64,000 bases of DNA from Octopus vulgaris (taxonomy: Eukaryota): the NCBI GenBank assembly GCA_951406725.2, contig OX597826.1, positions 33,852,001 to 33,916,000 of the forward strand. Direction: 5' to 3'. Below, in pieces: positions 26,081 through 41,818 of the stretch. Positions within the stretch are counted from its first letter, which is position 1, and each line of letters opens with the position of its first letter. A model generated the notes under the pieces. That model was given only the letters and a program-made list of their open reading frames with translations, was not told the origin of the DNA and ran no database searches. The position numbers and the translations under genes were made by a program.

Positions 26081-26207
26081 GCTATATCTATATATATAAG
26101 AGAGAGAGTGAGATACTTGGGGAGAGAGATATATGTGTTTGTCTTTATGCATTGTTGTATATACGCGTGTATGTATGTGCACATGCATATATGTATGTAT
26201 ATATATA

Positions 26208-26256
<49 letters not shown>

Positions 26257-27479
26257 GGAATTTACAAAAAAAATACAAAACAAAAGACAAAGACGGGTGT
26301 GTAAACAACAAATAGATGTATTAGTTTAACACACCAACATATATATAACTGAGAAGACAAACAAGACTACTTACTTTTCCTGTATCCCCTACACATCAGC
26401 ACCATTGATCCTTAGATTAGATTATTTATACAAAAGTTGACCCTTACCAATGGTTAGCATATTTTATATTGAACAAGCTGAACCCTTAAAAATGTTGGGC
26501 TTTATAAACAATTCTTTTTTGTATTTTCCTTTATATATTTGCATAACATTATTTCATTGTGTTAAATATTTGGGTTATGTCATTGGTTTCGTCCCCTAGT
26601 TAAGGATTTCGATCGCATAACACTCAAACGCATATTGTGACAAGGAAAATATTATTATGAATATAAAAAACAGTAACCAGTGAAACAATTTAAAAGTTGG
26701 TTAGGAGAACTGGTTAAACGCTGAAAAAAATACTAGTATTTCATTACAGTCTTTTAAATATTGCTTTCGAATTTTGGCACAAGGCGAGCAATTTCGGGGA
26801 AGCGGGTAAGTCGATTTGATCGACCCCAGTGCTTGACTGGTACTGATTTTATTGATCCTGAAAGGATGAAAAGCAAAGTCGGTCCTGGTGGTATTTGAAC
26901 TTAGAATTTATAGACGGAAGAAAGTGCCGTTGGGATTTTCCTCGGCGTGCTTAACGATTCTACCTGCTTGCCACCCTGAATCCCTTAAAATTGTGAATTC
27001 AAATGACACAGAGCTTAACTTTGAATTTTGTTTTACTGTAATCAATAAAAGTACCAGTAAAGTACTGTGGGGAGGGGGGATTCATTTAACTATATTCTAC
27101 TATTCCAAAATATGTCTTTGACTATGTATGTAAGAGATCAACGTTTAACTGAATTTAACTTTGGTAGAATCTACTTCATAAATACAAAAACTGGTAATCA
27201 CGCATTCAAACCAGGAGGAATTCATGGAATGAGGAACTGTTACTAATAATTCTACAAAATGTGATGTTCTGAAGAATCTATAGAATCGTTATTTGTTTTT
27301 AATTTCATCATATTCAATATTGTTTATTGAATATGGCGACAAATTAAAGGGAAAAAATATAAATTTACCTGTGGAAATATTCCATTTATAGTTATTTTCC
27401 ATTTATTCTTATTTTGATTCACAGAAGCCGTCCATATAATGTGTGTGAAAAGATAAGGTATGCTGATTCCTCTATTCAA

Positions 27480-29340
27480 TATAGATTAATATTTATCTTA
27501 ATTAAAGGAAGAAGTCATTCAGGTGGTATTGAGTCAAAGATTTCTCAAACGGTTCTAGAAAAACCATCAAAATTAATAGTGTTTACAGATTATTCGCCCT
27601 GAATTCAAGAACAAAGACAAAATCTTTCTTGGAAGTTATAGGAATCCTCCCGATATGATGGAACAAAACAGGATTCAGAAGTAGCAATCCAAGAACCAAG
27701 TAAAAAATTCACTGAAGCTTTTTTAAAATTATTATATCAAAGCACTGGGGATAGGAAAACTGTGACATCACCAATCATTGGAGAAACTTTAGTCAAGCCT
27801 TGTACTCTCAAAATGGTAGAAATTATGCTGGGAAATGGACTGAGGAAAACCTTAGGAAGGAATTCTTCAAAGGAAGATACGCCACGTGACTTTGATAAGT
27901 TGTGCAGATGACCAAGTTGGAGGCATTTGGTTTATTTTCACTTCAGCTTGATGACTCAGTTAATGTAATATTGTGCTCTCAGTCCACTGAGGTCGACTTT
28001 GCCTTTCATCATTTCGGGGTCGATAAATTAAGTACCAATTGCGTACTGGGTAGATCTAATCGACTGGCCCCCACCCCCAAAATTTCGAGCCTTGTGCCTA
28101 GAATAGAAAAGAATATTGTGTTCCCAATGGTTGGTGTTTGCAAGATGTCTTTACAATGGTTAATTTAAAGAGAAGTTCCCTTTTTGTTTCCTCTTGGACC
28201 AATTACCAAATTCCATTGTAGTTTGGAAACAGGTTAAATTTTTCATCGAATCAGAGATCTTTTGTTGGGTGATGTTTATAAATTCTGTACATGTGGAACA
28301 TTAACTGTGTTATGAAATAAATCCGGATATTCCAGTTTGTGTAAAAATAAATGAGCTCCAACACTGAAAGGCATTCTTCGTATTGTCTTCAAAAATACTT
28401 CGAGCACTAGTACGGAGGATTTTAGATCAAATCATTGTGAATTGTGAATTTCTCAATACTGTAACTCTTAACTCATGATTTCTCAGTCTGTTATCCATTT
28501 ACACGGAAGAAGATCGATTGCTTCTTTCTTAAACATAAATTCTATGAATTTTTCAAGTGGAACGAGTATTTGAGCTTTGAAATGGGATCAAATATATTTT
28601 CGAAGTTCAGGATAAGTTGGAATATCTATTTTTTATGATTAATGACGAGGGACTAATTATGTATGTTGCTTATTTGCTCAATATTTTTGAGCATATAAAT
28701 ATATTGGACCTTCAATTTTTCACAAGCACGGAAAGAAAAACAAGCATTGCAAAATTTAAGAGCAAACAGGAAAATTAAAAGAGAAATGACATCATATAAA
28801 AAATAAAAACAAAGAAATGCTGCAATATTTGAGATATCATCATCAATTCTTGTTGCTGGCAGTGAAGACCAAGTGCTTTCCAAATTTTCCAAAAAATGAA
28901 ATTTTGCAACACTTGACAACACTAGAAAATTAATTCCACTAATATTTTGCCGAATCCAGCAACATAGAGTTGGATTTAGAGTAAAATCCTTTTAGATTCT
29001 CAGTTGAAAAAGTTCCTGGTAATTGTCAAGATGAATTTCTGAAACTGAAGAATGATTCGTTTATAAGAGATATGTTCAATGAGAAATTGTTGAACATGTT
29101 TCTGTGAATGTGCGATTCCTATCCAAAAGTGGCTGGGAGAATTATACATCCAATATTTCTGTTTGTATCCAAATATCTTTGTGAATCTATTTTTCTTTTT
29201 TCTTTTGTTTTTTTCAAATTCGTTGAAAGTTAAAACGAACAAGAACATAGATTAAACTAATATTCGTTCTGCCCTTTTAAATTCGGCTCCGTAAACCTAC
29301 AAACTGGCAAAAAAAAAGAGAAAAAAAAAGCACCTGGTTT
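27480..29340 (+). pseudogene. Highly decayed hAT (Buster/Charlie-type) transposase relic, interrupted by a SINE B fragment (27983-28115)
   Basis: Fragments KPSKL (~27560), IIGETLVKPCTLKMVEIMLG (~27774), FSLQLDDSVNV (~27935; cf. FSLQLDESTD), YPKVA and CESIF (~29120-29190). Confidence 0.7.
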
Positions 29341-29975
29341 CTCTTGATTGCTATCTTCAGCAGAATAATCTGAATTTAACACTGGCACTCATCGGACACT
29401 CGTTTCGTTTATTGAGAAATACTACAGTAACTTCAAACTGTTGAGTAATTAATTATAAATATACAAAAAAAAAATTCTTCTATGCTTATGAAAGATTTTA
29501 AATCCATCATCCTTTCTTTTGTTATTAAATTGGTGAGTCTCTATTATAAAGAAACAGTTCAATTAATTAACTAATTATATACTATTAAGAATAAATACTT
29601 CGACTCAAACAGTCGTAGAGAGGAAATAACCTGTTGAAGCGTGGGGTGGAGGAGATGTGCCTGGGGCTAAAAAAAGGGGGTGAGAATAACTGTTTTAAGA
29701 TCAAAGGGAAATTATTGAGATGGCGCTGGTGACAACTTAGATGGTGATTAACACCAACGCCACCACCACCACCATCATTACCGTCATAATGATTATGATT
29801 ATTATCATGACCATGGCGGTCGTGATAATGATGATGGTGATGATGATGATGATACCACTTCCACCACAATCACCGACACCACTCCCACCACCACCACCAC
29901 CACCACTGCAATCATGTTGATGTTGATGGTCATAATCATCATTATCATCATGATCATCATCATTCATCATCATTA

Positions 29976-30648
<673 letters not shown>

Positions 30649-31244
30649 TATTGTAGTCATCGTTGTCGTCGTCAACGACAACAGCTCAGCTATCGGGGAC
30701 ATTTTTGTTTTTTTTGGCAAATAGCGGAAAGCAAATTGCTTCATATTGCCAATGATAAACCAGTGATTGCGTTGATGTTGTTTTGCTGCTGTTTCCTTCT
30801 ACGTGGTCTGTAGACTTGCTAGAAATAGCAGTCATACATGTCCCATTTCTTTACACGAAGATTACGCTAGATGTGATACCGGATTCCTTGCACATGACAG
30901 TATGTCAAAAATGATCACAGCTGGAATACTTTTTGATAAGATTACTCTGTCGTGGTTAACCTGGGGTTAAGCAAGAAAACAACAGTTATAACAAAAAGCT
31001 ACTGACGAGACATTTATGTGGTCAATCGACCTGCTAGAAGTAGCACCCAAACCTCTCTCAACTGTCATTATATTGTTACGAAAGGGTCGCATAGAAAGTT
31101 GTAGTGCAAGATATACAAAACTACAAAGTGATGTTGAATAAAATATTAATGATCTATTTGACCGTGGTCTGACCTAGGGCTAAAATAATAACAAATTCCA
31201 CCGAAACTAATCGCTTGAAGAATTTTGAAAATGTAAAATGCTGA

Positions 31245-32012
31245 TTTCAAATTTTGGCACAAGGCCAGCAGTTTTTGAGGCGGGGATAAGTTGATATCAT
31301 CAACCCCAGCACTTAACTGGTATTATCGACCCCCGAAAGGATAAAAAGCAAAGTCAACCGTGGCGAAATTTGAACTTAGAACGTAAAGACGGACGAAATG
31401 CCGCTAAACATTTTTTGTCCGGCGTGCTAACGACTCCGGCAGCTCACCGCCTTAATGCAAATATAGATTAATTTGTCAGTGGGCAGTTAAGTTTAATTGG
31501 TAAAGCACCTGACCGGTAATCGAAGGGATGTGAGTTCGAGTCTCATGGCTGGTTGCTGGTAATTTTTTCTGCTCTATATGGACATTTTATCCTGTCTCTC
31601 CTGTTCTATCAGCGTTTCTGCATTTGAAAATAAATCATTATCCTATCTGTATCTTTACGTTCCGAGCTCAAATTGTGTTGAGGTAGGCTCCCTTTCATCC
31701 TTTCGGGGGTCAATAAAATGAGTAGCAGTTAGATGCAGGTAACTTACCCGATTCCCTCGACATTGCTGGCTTTGTTCCAAAATTCGAAATGAGTATTTAA
31801 AGACATTAAGGCACCGAGCTGGCAGAATCGTTAAAATGCCGAACAAAACACTTAGCGGCATTTTCGTCCGTTTTTACGTTCTGAGTTCAGTTTTGCCTTT
31901 CGTCCTTCCGAGGTCGATAAAATAAGCACCATCTGAGCTTTGGGATTGATGTAATGGACTAACCCCCTCCTCCTCCGGTAATGCTGGTCTGGTGCCAAAA
32001 TTTGAAACCAAT
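31245..32012. mobile_element. Cluster of three SINE family B copies (31245-31454 minus; 31655-31785 and 31808-32012 plus)
   Basis: Family B conserved block in each. Confidence 0.8.
31481..31554 (+). pseudogene. tRNA-derived sequence (tRNA pseudogene or head of another SINE)
   Basis: D-arm-like GTTTAATTGGTAAAGC, T-arm GTGAGTTCGAGTCTCAT; anticodon and acceptor stems imperfect. Confidence 0.55.
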
Positions 32013-32835
32013 ATTTGAAGGCATTTCATAACAAGAAAAAAGAAAATGGCAAAATAAATTCTGTCTTTCAGAATATTCCTTTAGAATCCAATGCCAGTTT
32101 TGGAAGATGACATAAAATAAGAGAATTTGGCAAATGTTGAAAGGTAAAAGACGAAATGGACACCTTAAAACAACGTGTGATAATGTAGTAAAGAAACAAA
32201 AATTTTCAACAGATAGAGAGAGAAAGGGAGGGAGAGAGAGAGAGAGGGGGGAAAGAGAGAGAGAGCGAGAAAGAGAGAGGGAGAGAGAGAATATGTGAAA
32301 TTAAGGATGAAGAAAAATTGACCAACAGGAAAGAGAACTGAAAAAGTATTTGGCAAACGTACGACAGTGGAATTTAAATCGTGTTTTTGCAATGATACAT
32401 GCACAGAGAATCTGTGATTGCATTGCCCTTGTTGTTGTTGTTGTTTTTGCTGTTGTTGTTGCTGTTGTTTCTCCATTCAACATCAGCCTCGATTGAGCCG
32501 ATGTGCAAACGTAGGCAGTCCATGAGTACCAACCCAATTTAAAATAATCTGTTTTGTTTTGTATATCAGTTTTTCTCACTTTATTATTTTTTTTTCAGGA
32601 CAGTAGTTTGTGATTTAAGTGAGGTTTGGTTGCTATTTCTAGCAAGGTGAACGAATACGTAGAGGTATTCTTGATAACGCGTTGTATGTTTGTGAGCATT
32701 TGTATGTCATATATGCTCTAAAGTTGTCTTTCTATTTCTGTTAAATGGTCTGCATAAACATGTCTGTGTATGTGCGTGAATATGTATAGATTGACAAACA
32801 GATAGATAACTAGTTTGATAGATATTCACAAGAGC

Positions 32836-33185
32836 AGGTGGAGGACCTCATCTTCGTTTCAAAGATGTCTGAAAGAGAGGTATGAAGTCGCTTGATCTGG
32901 ACGTCCAGAGATGAGAGGAGGTTGCAAACGATCGCGCACACTGGAGGAAAATACTGCAAAAGGGAATAAATAGATCGGAGAAAGAAAAGCAGGAACTCAC
33001 CGTCAAAGAGAAAGCGCGCTCGACAGAAGGAAAAATCCGTAGCACCGACAGAGAGGTTCTTCAAATACAGTCACTGTATGCGTGACTGCCACTCCCCAAC
33101 AGGCGCTGCACCACCATCAGCGGCTGACACGATTTCTTTGGGTGCAGATCCCTAGCCTCTCGAGACCGACGGATGCCTACTAGAT
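32836..33185 (+). mobile_element. 3' end relic of an RTE (BovB-like) LINE
   Basis: GGPHLRFKDV*KRGMKSLDLDVQR*EEVANDRAHWRKIL...FKYSHCMRDCHS; tail CGAGACCGACGGATGCCTAC. Confidence 0.7.
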
Positions 33186-33279
33186 ATTCGATTATTGCAA
33201 AACCTAGCTGTATGTGAAATTAAAATGTAAACACATCCCATCTATGCGTTTGATTCATATCATCCGAACAGATGGAGCA

Positions 33280-33723
33280 GATGTATGCCATTGTACAGCA
33301 AAAATACACGGCATTAGTTAAGAGTGAGCGAGCTCTTTTTGTAAGAAGACGACGCGAATCGTCATATCGCTCAAAGTAGCCAGTATAAACGTCAGGAAGT
33401 TGAGGTAATCAAGCTGATTCCTCATCCATTATATAGTCTTGACCTAGCTTCTTCAAATTGTGAATTGTTCCGATCCATGGCTCACTTCCTGTGCTTGCGA
33501 AGCTTCATCAACGAAGCGGAAGTGGAAGCTTCACTGAAGGAATTCTTGGCTTTGAAGGACAAGAACCGGTATCAGCCTGGGATAAAAAAAAAAAAAAAAC
33601 TGGCAAAAAAAGGTGGCTTTAGACAGTGCAACACGATGGTCTCTTCGTTGAATGCTAGGCTACTTTTGTTGTAACTTGACGAATAAGGAAAATAAGTTAC
33701 CAAAATATTGCAATATTTTTAAT

Positions 33724-33725
<2 letters not shown>
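33280..33725 (+). pseudogene. Mariner transposase C-terminal relic
   Basis: LIPHPLYSLDLASSNCELFRSMAHFL...EVEASLKEFLA...YQPGIK (cf. PHPPYSPDLAPSDYHLFRSL). Confidence 0.75.
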
Positions 33726-33768
<43 letters not shown>

Positions 33769-35432
33769 TATGCGCACACACACATACGAACAGATATACA
33801 ACTATAGTAAATATGTCAACGCATGTCAAAGACATTTAATATTTGTATTGAGAGTTTCTGATCTACACTGGGATTGCTGAAAGTTTTACATCCCTAAAAC
33901 CATTCAGATCTTGCGCTCCTAAGAGATAAGCGAGACCTGTGCGTCCTGAAGAAGGCTGACTCCTATTGGAGAATGTGTGAAGCTCATTCCTAGTAATCAG
34001 TACGCCTGGGTCATATAGTTAGCTGACTGTTGAATGGGCAACAGCTCTGACGCAATAGATAAGTGTACACTTACTTATTGTACTAGTGTTTTTCCTCAAC
34101 CAGAAGTGTATAAGTACAGTGTATAATGTCCGTGGAGCTTCAGACAACTCAATATTCAGCAGTTTGCTTCGCTTTTACAAAATATCATAGATAAAAACAT
34201 ATTTCTCAATAATATAAACCAAGCTCTCAAATATAGAGCAATTTAATGTAGATGAGGGTTGGATAATTTCACTTTTATTGTTCATATTCCTTCGTTAGGA
34301 TAAGGAATTAAATGTGGCGCTCCTACATTTTCTGAACTTAGAATCTTCCAGCCGAACAAACTCGATTTACCAGTCCACTAAATCCCTTCTGCCTTACTGA
34401 AAACTGTGCACTTCAACGATATTTCAGATCTCACTGTCCGAGAAGTATTATTGATGTTTATATCAACATTTTATGTAGCTATGCTTTTACATGTAAATTG
34501 ACAGTGTTATGTTGCGTGTGCACCTGATCATTATATATAAATGTTTGTATGCGTATATGTTTGTAAAGATATACATTACACACACACACACGCATACACA
34601 CACATATGCGTATATATATGTATGTGTAGGTGTGTGTGTGTGTGTTTATACACCCACAACCATACACACACAGACACACCCATATCTGTCATGTCACGAA
34701 ATGGCGAAACTTTAAGTTGTAATGTGAATATTAATATAGAAAAATTATACAGATAAAGTGAACACACAAACACACACACACACACACACATGTATTTATA
34801 CGCATGTGTATATATATATTATGCATATATATGTGTGCTTGAGAGAGAGAGAGAGATACAAAGAAATAATGAGTGAGAGAGAGAAGAAGAGGGAGAGAGG
34901 GTGACTGTATGTGTGTGTCTTTACATATGCATACATATGTATATATATATGTGTGTTTATATACATACATGTATGTATATATTTGCATACACACACACGC
35001 ACGTATATTCACCAATTATTAGAAACTGTAGTTAACTTTATAGCTGCCATTACCACTTTCTGCAAACCTTGTGCAATTGGTTTAACATAGAAATACGGTA
35101 ATATCTTCAGCTGAAGCATCTATATTCAGCTGGAAAATGCATGAGTTTATGGCTCTGGAAATGGTGTTTATTTTTAAGAGAAATTTAATGTTTTGGGAAC
35201 TTGAAGTGCTGATAAATATTTATGGGGTTTTTCAATTTAATAGTTTTTAACATGTTACAATGGTCATACACTTGTAAATTTAGGAGACACTTTCAAAATG
35301 AAATGTTTTCAAATTCAAATTTTCGCACTCTTTTTTCAATTTTGTCTTCCTTTTTGCTATCGTTTCTACTAATCTCTCTCCCTCTCTTGATCCCCCTCTC
35401 TCTCCAACACACTCTCCTTCTCTATCTCCCCC

Positions 35433-35464
<32 letters not shown>

Positions 35465-35523
<59 letters not shown>

Positions 35524-35569
35524 GTATCTATATCTTTGTCTTTGATTCCTGCTATCTGTGTGTCTGTCC

Positions 35570-35656
<87 letters not shown>

Positions 35657-35658
35657 AT

Positions 35659-35733
<75 letters not shown>
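35465..35733. repeat. (ATCT)n tetranucleotide tracts
   Basis: Read directly; similar (AGAT)n tracts at 3280-3320 and 44204-44440. Confidence 0.95.
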
Positions 35734-35734
<1 letters not shown>

Positions 35735-36250
35735 TGCCTATCAATTCATTTATACACATATGAAGTTAATGTATACACATTTGTCTCTATGAATACAACT
35801 GCATTAGTATTTAGTCATATATATATATGTGTGTGCTTGTTTCTGACAGTCTGTCCGTATGCATACACGCTTACATATAGTTACATGTGTATATACACAA
35901 GCGTAGTCAGTAAATGTGCCTTTGAAAGTGTAATTAAGATATATATTTCTATGTTATATACATCCATATATGCTATAAGTTACGTAGATTAATTTCCATA
36001 TTCACATGACCACACGCTGCTCTGAAAGCAGATCACCACTGAATTGACTGTAACGCAATGTAATGTAAAACCTCCATAGTCGATGTGAAATTAATATTCT
36101 CCTGGATAAGGCATTGACGCACAACAGGTAACATTCTCCCTTTGACTTATATACACACGCATAAACACATTCGCTCATATACAAGGAGGCGCATATGTTT
36201 GAGAAAAAACACATACACACACACATATATATATGTATGCATATACCTAT

Positions 36251-36478
36251 GTGTGTGTCTTTGTCTGTGTTTGTCCCCACCATCACCGCTTGACAACCGG
36301 TGTTGATGTGTTTATGTCCCCGTAACTTAGCGGTTCGACAAAAGAGACCAATAGAATAAGTACTAGGCTTTAAAAATGTCCTAGGGTCGATTTGTTCGAC
36401 TAAAATCTCTTCGAGGCGGTGTTCCAGCATGGCCGCAGTCAAATGACTGAAACAAGTAAAAGAATAAAAGAAAAAGAA
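36251..36478 (+). mobile_element. SINE family A 3' half
   Basis: CCGCTTGACAACCGGTGTTGATGTGTTTA...GGTGTTCCAGCATGGCCGCAGTCAAATGACTGAAACAAG; further partial or decayed copies at 40950-41370, 41820-42012, 45210-45400, 52270-52885 and 63440-63760. Confidence 0.85.
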
Positions 36479-38924
36479 AGAATGCAAATCAAAAACTGGA
36501 AAACAACAACAGTCAGAAGCACATTCACAGTCTGTCCATATGCATACACGCTCAGAGAAAGTAAGATGGAAAAACAGAGGAGCTTCGACGTTTCGGACAT
36601 GGTTCTTCGCCAGAAAGAGGTAAGAGGAAAACGTCCAGAGAGAAGAAAAGGTATAGGCCAAGAAAAGTTATATGGTACTCATCTGTTTACTTCTACAATA
36701 TAATCGCGTTTTCATATATCTATGTTATTTTAAAGAGATTATTGTAGATATTTTAAAATTGATGTGCTGACCTCAAAACTTGCTATGGAGTCACAATCGA
36801 GAGTTATAGCAACGAAACCTTAAATTCACACCTAATCACATTATAAAAATTGAACGACCACAATATAATTAAATAGTCTTTACTATACTCTTTAAAAATT
36901 AAAACAAAATTAAAATAAAATCCGGAGCGCCCTTCGTCATTGCTCAACTCCTCCAGGACTTACCTAGGCCTACACACCACCAACACCTCCATTATCAGTA
37001 ATACTAGCAACAACGACTGCAATAACAACATTTTAAACTGTAGAGAACTAACTAGTTGTTGAGAGATAATTCTCTATCGCAGTGTAAATTGGTTTTATTA
37101 CAATCATATATATATTGATAAATGATCGAGAATGTTTTACAAGTAAAAACGTTCAATGTCTTAATTACCAATGAAGCATGACCAATAAAAAGGAAATATC
37201 CGTTGATACAACAGAACATGAATACATATAACACTATGTCAACTATTTCAGTGTTATTCAAAGTATTGTCCTTTTCGCTATTTTGCTCCAACACTGAGTG
37301 CATCTGGCGCCGTCTTTACTGATTTATTTGTGGCTCTTCTCATATCCTTGCTGTCCTTTTAAAGGCTTTTGATGGTTGAGTCGAAGCAAGAAAGACAGCG
37401 CATGTAACCCCTTTCAAGACCTCTGAGACATCAGGGAAGAAAAAAAGTAATTTTCAACTCAGACGCCCAACCTGAGTACGTGGCCATAGAGTGGGCTCTC
37501 CTAAAAGCACCCAAGGACCAGGTGCCTCGGATTAAGTTTATCATCTCCAAACCAAAGGAATAAACAAAAAATCTATATCTCAACGCAATTTTAAAAAAAA
37601 ATAGCCCATATTTCAGACCCTCAAGAGACGTAGGTAACCTATCTCCTCCAAGCTACGATACTACTCTTCGACCATTCCTAACATAAATTAGATCAATACC
37701 AAACTACTTCGAATTACAACTGAGCTGTCTGGATCGTTCATGGCTGCTGATATTTTGTTGCAAATGATATTATTACTACATCAAGTTCTTTTGAAATCCT
37801 TATTTTTCGTTGCTTTGCATTTTCTCTCAAGGAATATTATAGCATTATACTATCACGAATACTGGTTGACTGTTGTGCTGTGGTTGAATTGAAAATATGT
37901 CTTTTGGCGGCGTGAACAAAATTACTTGAAGAACACCCGCAAACATTTAATTGAAGTACTTATTGTCACTCATAAAGACAATCTGGTCATTTACAGTTAA
38001 CAACGGCGATAATCACAGACTGGGAAAGAAATACAGCTCTGAGATTACAGCATGTTATCGGTATGGCTACATGCAGTCTGCCCAACATAATTGAAATCAA
38101 TTGCTGTAACTTTGTGGTGACGGAAATCTTTGGTAATCTCTCTTAGAACGTCTGCGTTGGTCGTCTGCCCAAAAGCCTGGAACCGTAAGAGTTGCAAGAA
38201 TGGAGACATATCATCAAGATACTCTCAATAATCTACATGGCAAAAGATGAGACGTGTGAATGAGTCGGCCGTTCTCAACACTATGCGAAGCGTTTAGGTG
38301 CCACAACGGATTGATAGACTAATCATGTGAAGCTATTGTGGTTTGCTGACCGCTGACCTAGTGGTTGGGGTTTCAAATCACCGCTACAATACAAAAGAAA
38401 AAAATGTCGAATATATCGGCAATATTTTTGGTCTAAATCCCAAAGGCAGCTTTTTTTTGGTGTAATTCTTTGCTAAAGAGAGTTCAACAGGAAGGGCAAT
38501 AAATTGATAAATTCGCAAAACAGAGACTGATAACAATTTATTGCGGCTCTCCATGCAAGAAATATCTTGGGATTGTAATATAATATAAAGATTTATTTAT
38601 TAATAGTCCTTAAAGAGGTGGCCCTATTTCACAAACTGAAGCTGATCATCAAAACAAAATGTTTTGTATTATTCTACATAAATATATATAGATAAAAAAA
38701 CAGCACACAAAAGTTTTTGTTCAACGCTTCAATAGCTCATTAGAATTTCCAAACTTGTTTATACTCTTTTTTACATGCAAATTTATTTTTTATTGAAAGT
38801 AATCTGATATTTGATAAAATTATTTCTTTTAGATATGCAACACGATGTTCAAGTACTTTTGTGCTGCCGGGTATATTGAATTCTAATTTAGAACAAAGCC
38901 TCAACGCCAGACAGATACACTAAT

Positions 38925-39456
38925 TTATCATCAGTGGAGGAACGAAAATGGAAAGATGACCTCTGCGGAATTTGAACTCAGAACGTAAACAGACGGAAGA
39001 AGTACTACATGGCATTTTTTTCCGAAACTATGATTCTGCGAGTTCGCCGCTTTTGTGCCAGATATATTGGTTTCACATTTTTGTATTATGTCCAAAATGT
39101 TGGAGGAGAGGGCTTGTCGATTACATCGATACCCATCTCGAAAAGAAGAAAAGCAAAGTCGTCGTCAACGGCTGAATTTGAACTCGGAACATCAAAGACG
39201 GACGAAATGTCACCAAGCATTCCACCCGGAGTGCTAACAGTTCTGCCAGCTCGCCACCTCGTTCTGATGCCAAAAATTATTGGGTTCAACTTTCGGGGAA
39301 AGGAGTAAGTCAACATCGACCCCAGTACCCATCTCAAAAAGATGAAAAGCAAAGTCGTCATCAACGGCGGAATTTGAACTCGGAACGTTAAAGACGGACG
39401 AAATGTCACTAAGGATTTTAACCGGAATGCAAGCGATTTTGCCAGCTCACTGCCTT
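38925..39456 (-). mobile_element. Three tandem SINE family B copies
   Basis: ACCCATCTC.AAAAGA.GAAAAGCAAAGTCGTC.TCAACGGC.GAATTTGAACTCGGAAC is duplicated at ~39131 and ~39327. Confidence 0.8.
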
Positions 39457-40346
39457 GTTTTTATGCTAGAAATGTTACAAACCATAGAAATAGAAAACGA
39501 AGCTTAATACTTTATAATCGGAAAACAAGGTGCAACCAGGAGGTTAAGTAATTTGCATCTCAAGCACATGGTTTTAAGTTCAATCTCACTCAGCGGCATG
39601 AACGGGCAAATCTTTTCTACTGTCGGATGATGTGTGTTTGTAGTTGCGAAATGGAGTCGGTGATAAATGAAAATGTTCTTTTAGGACTGTGTATAAAATG
39701 ATTAACATCACACACGAGCGATTAACAAAAGAATTATTCACTGCACACATTTCTTCTTGTGTTGGTCTTTGGATGGGAAATTAGAACGACAGTTACACAT
39801 CGGGGGAGACATACTAGTGGGGTCGACGACAAAATGGCTGGTACAGATCAATTTGTGATTAGGCCATCACAACTGGGAAAATAATCACACTAAAATCATG
39901 ATGGCAAAATCCGTACCTTCTTCTATTTGCAACGAATAATGAGTAAAATGAGAATAAAAACATTAAAGCGGCAGCTTCAACATTGTGATGTTACCACCAA
40001 AACTCCACCTTTTATATGGATCATTAGAAGGTTCTATAAAGCTGACGCTGATTGGCTTATTAATCGGCTGATCACGTGAAACGACAGTGAATTCACCGTG
40101 ATGTCAGCACGGTGAGTTCCAGTGATTCGGTTACTCTACTGTAACAACAGTTTGAACAATCCATTAGCAGTGGAAGTTGATTGTTGGAAACCGTGGAAAT
40201 CTGTCGGATAGTTTTGGGAATTTGTAGTTAGACGAGCTGGTGGCGAGATTTTGGCTTCGTGAGCGTTTTTGACACGCAACGCATACACATTTAGTGTGCG
40301 TTTGCGTGCGTGCGTGCGTGTCTGTGTGTGTGTGTGTGTGTGTGAG

Positions 40347-40410
<64 letters not shown>

Positions 40411-40841
40411 GGGAGAGCGTCTCTCACTGCTTCGTCAGCGTACAATCGATGCTGCGTAAAAAGAAATACTTAGCTAGCATAAACCATTCAGACAATGGAA
40501 ACATTAATTAAAATACGTGCCTGAGTAATATAAACACTGGGGTCGATATAATCGACTAAAACTTTTTGAGACAGTGTTCCAGAATGGCCGTGCTCACCAT
40601 TCAACGAAGATCGTAAAAAGAATATAAACCAATAAAAAGAACATCTCCTATTGTCTATCCTACTTATATACCCAGGTTATAATTGAGTGGCTTATCTGTC
40701 ATATAACTTCAGTTAAACTTTCATAAACACAGAAAATATAAATGAAACACAAAGTGTCTTTATATTGCTACGCCAGACATTTAAAGAAGCGATAGATAAT
40801 TCCGTTATCTTAACGTGTCTTTAAAGAGCCAACAGTCATTA

Positions 40842-40894
<53 letters not shown>

Positions 40895-41741
40895 TTGTTG
40901 CTGTTACAATGTTTAAAAAATTGTATGTATTTATTATGCATGAGATAACAAGGTCACTTCTCGACTGCATGGTTTTGGGGGTTCAGTCTTATTTCGAGGT
41001 GCGTTGGACAGGTTCATTCTGGCATAGGCCCGAACAGATTAAGGCCAAGTGAGAAAATTTGGTAGTGGGGGAAACTATGCAGCAGCCTAGTATATGTGTG
41101 GATGTATATTTGTGTGTACGTGTGCATATAAGTGTGTAGAGGCGTGCGGGTATATGTGCGTATCTTTGCTTTTGTCTTTCGCCATTCGGCGAGTAGTTGT
41201 TGGCTTGTTTACGTCTTCAGTGTCTTGCAGCTCGAAAAAAAGAGAGATCCGTAGAATAAATACTGTACGTATAAGGAGAAGGAGCACTAGGATCCATTTG
41301 ATCGATTAACCGTTGAAGGAGATGCCCCAGAATGGCCGTAGTTCAATGACTAAAATCATTGATTGAATATAAGAATTTAAGACTTAACAAGCACTAAAAA
41401 TATCTCACAAAGATTGAAGGAACAACTGGAACGATTCATTCCTTTCGGGAATTCCTGCTTTTCATCGTATTTAACATTGTAACTTCCCTCTTCGTCTTCA
41501 CAAAAACTAAGGAAGTAATACATAGCACTACTTGTGTATGTATTCATATATGTCTGTCTGTCTATATGTATGTATGTACGTACGTATGTATATAGGTGTG
41601 TATCATAAGGTAAGGTGTTTTGATATGATATACATACATTGAAATACACACACATACACACATACAACAATATCTGCTTCAGCACACGATTTCACATCAG
41701 GAATCTTGCAATACAAATTGATAAACGTACATATATATATA

Positions 41742-41818
<77 letters not shown>

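Noticed and set aside
31481-31554. Functional tRNA gene
   Set aside because: Acceptor and anticodon stems do not pair properly; treated as tRNA-derived
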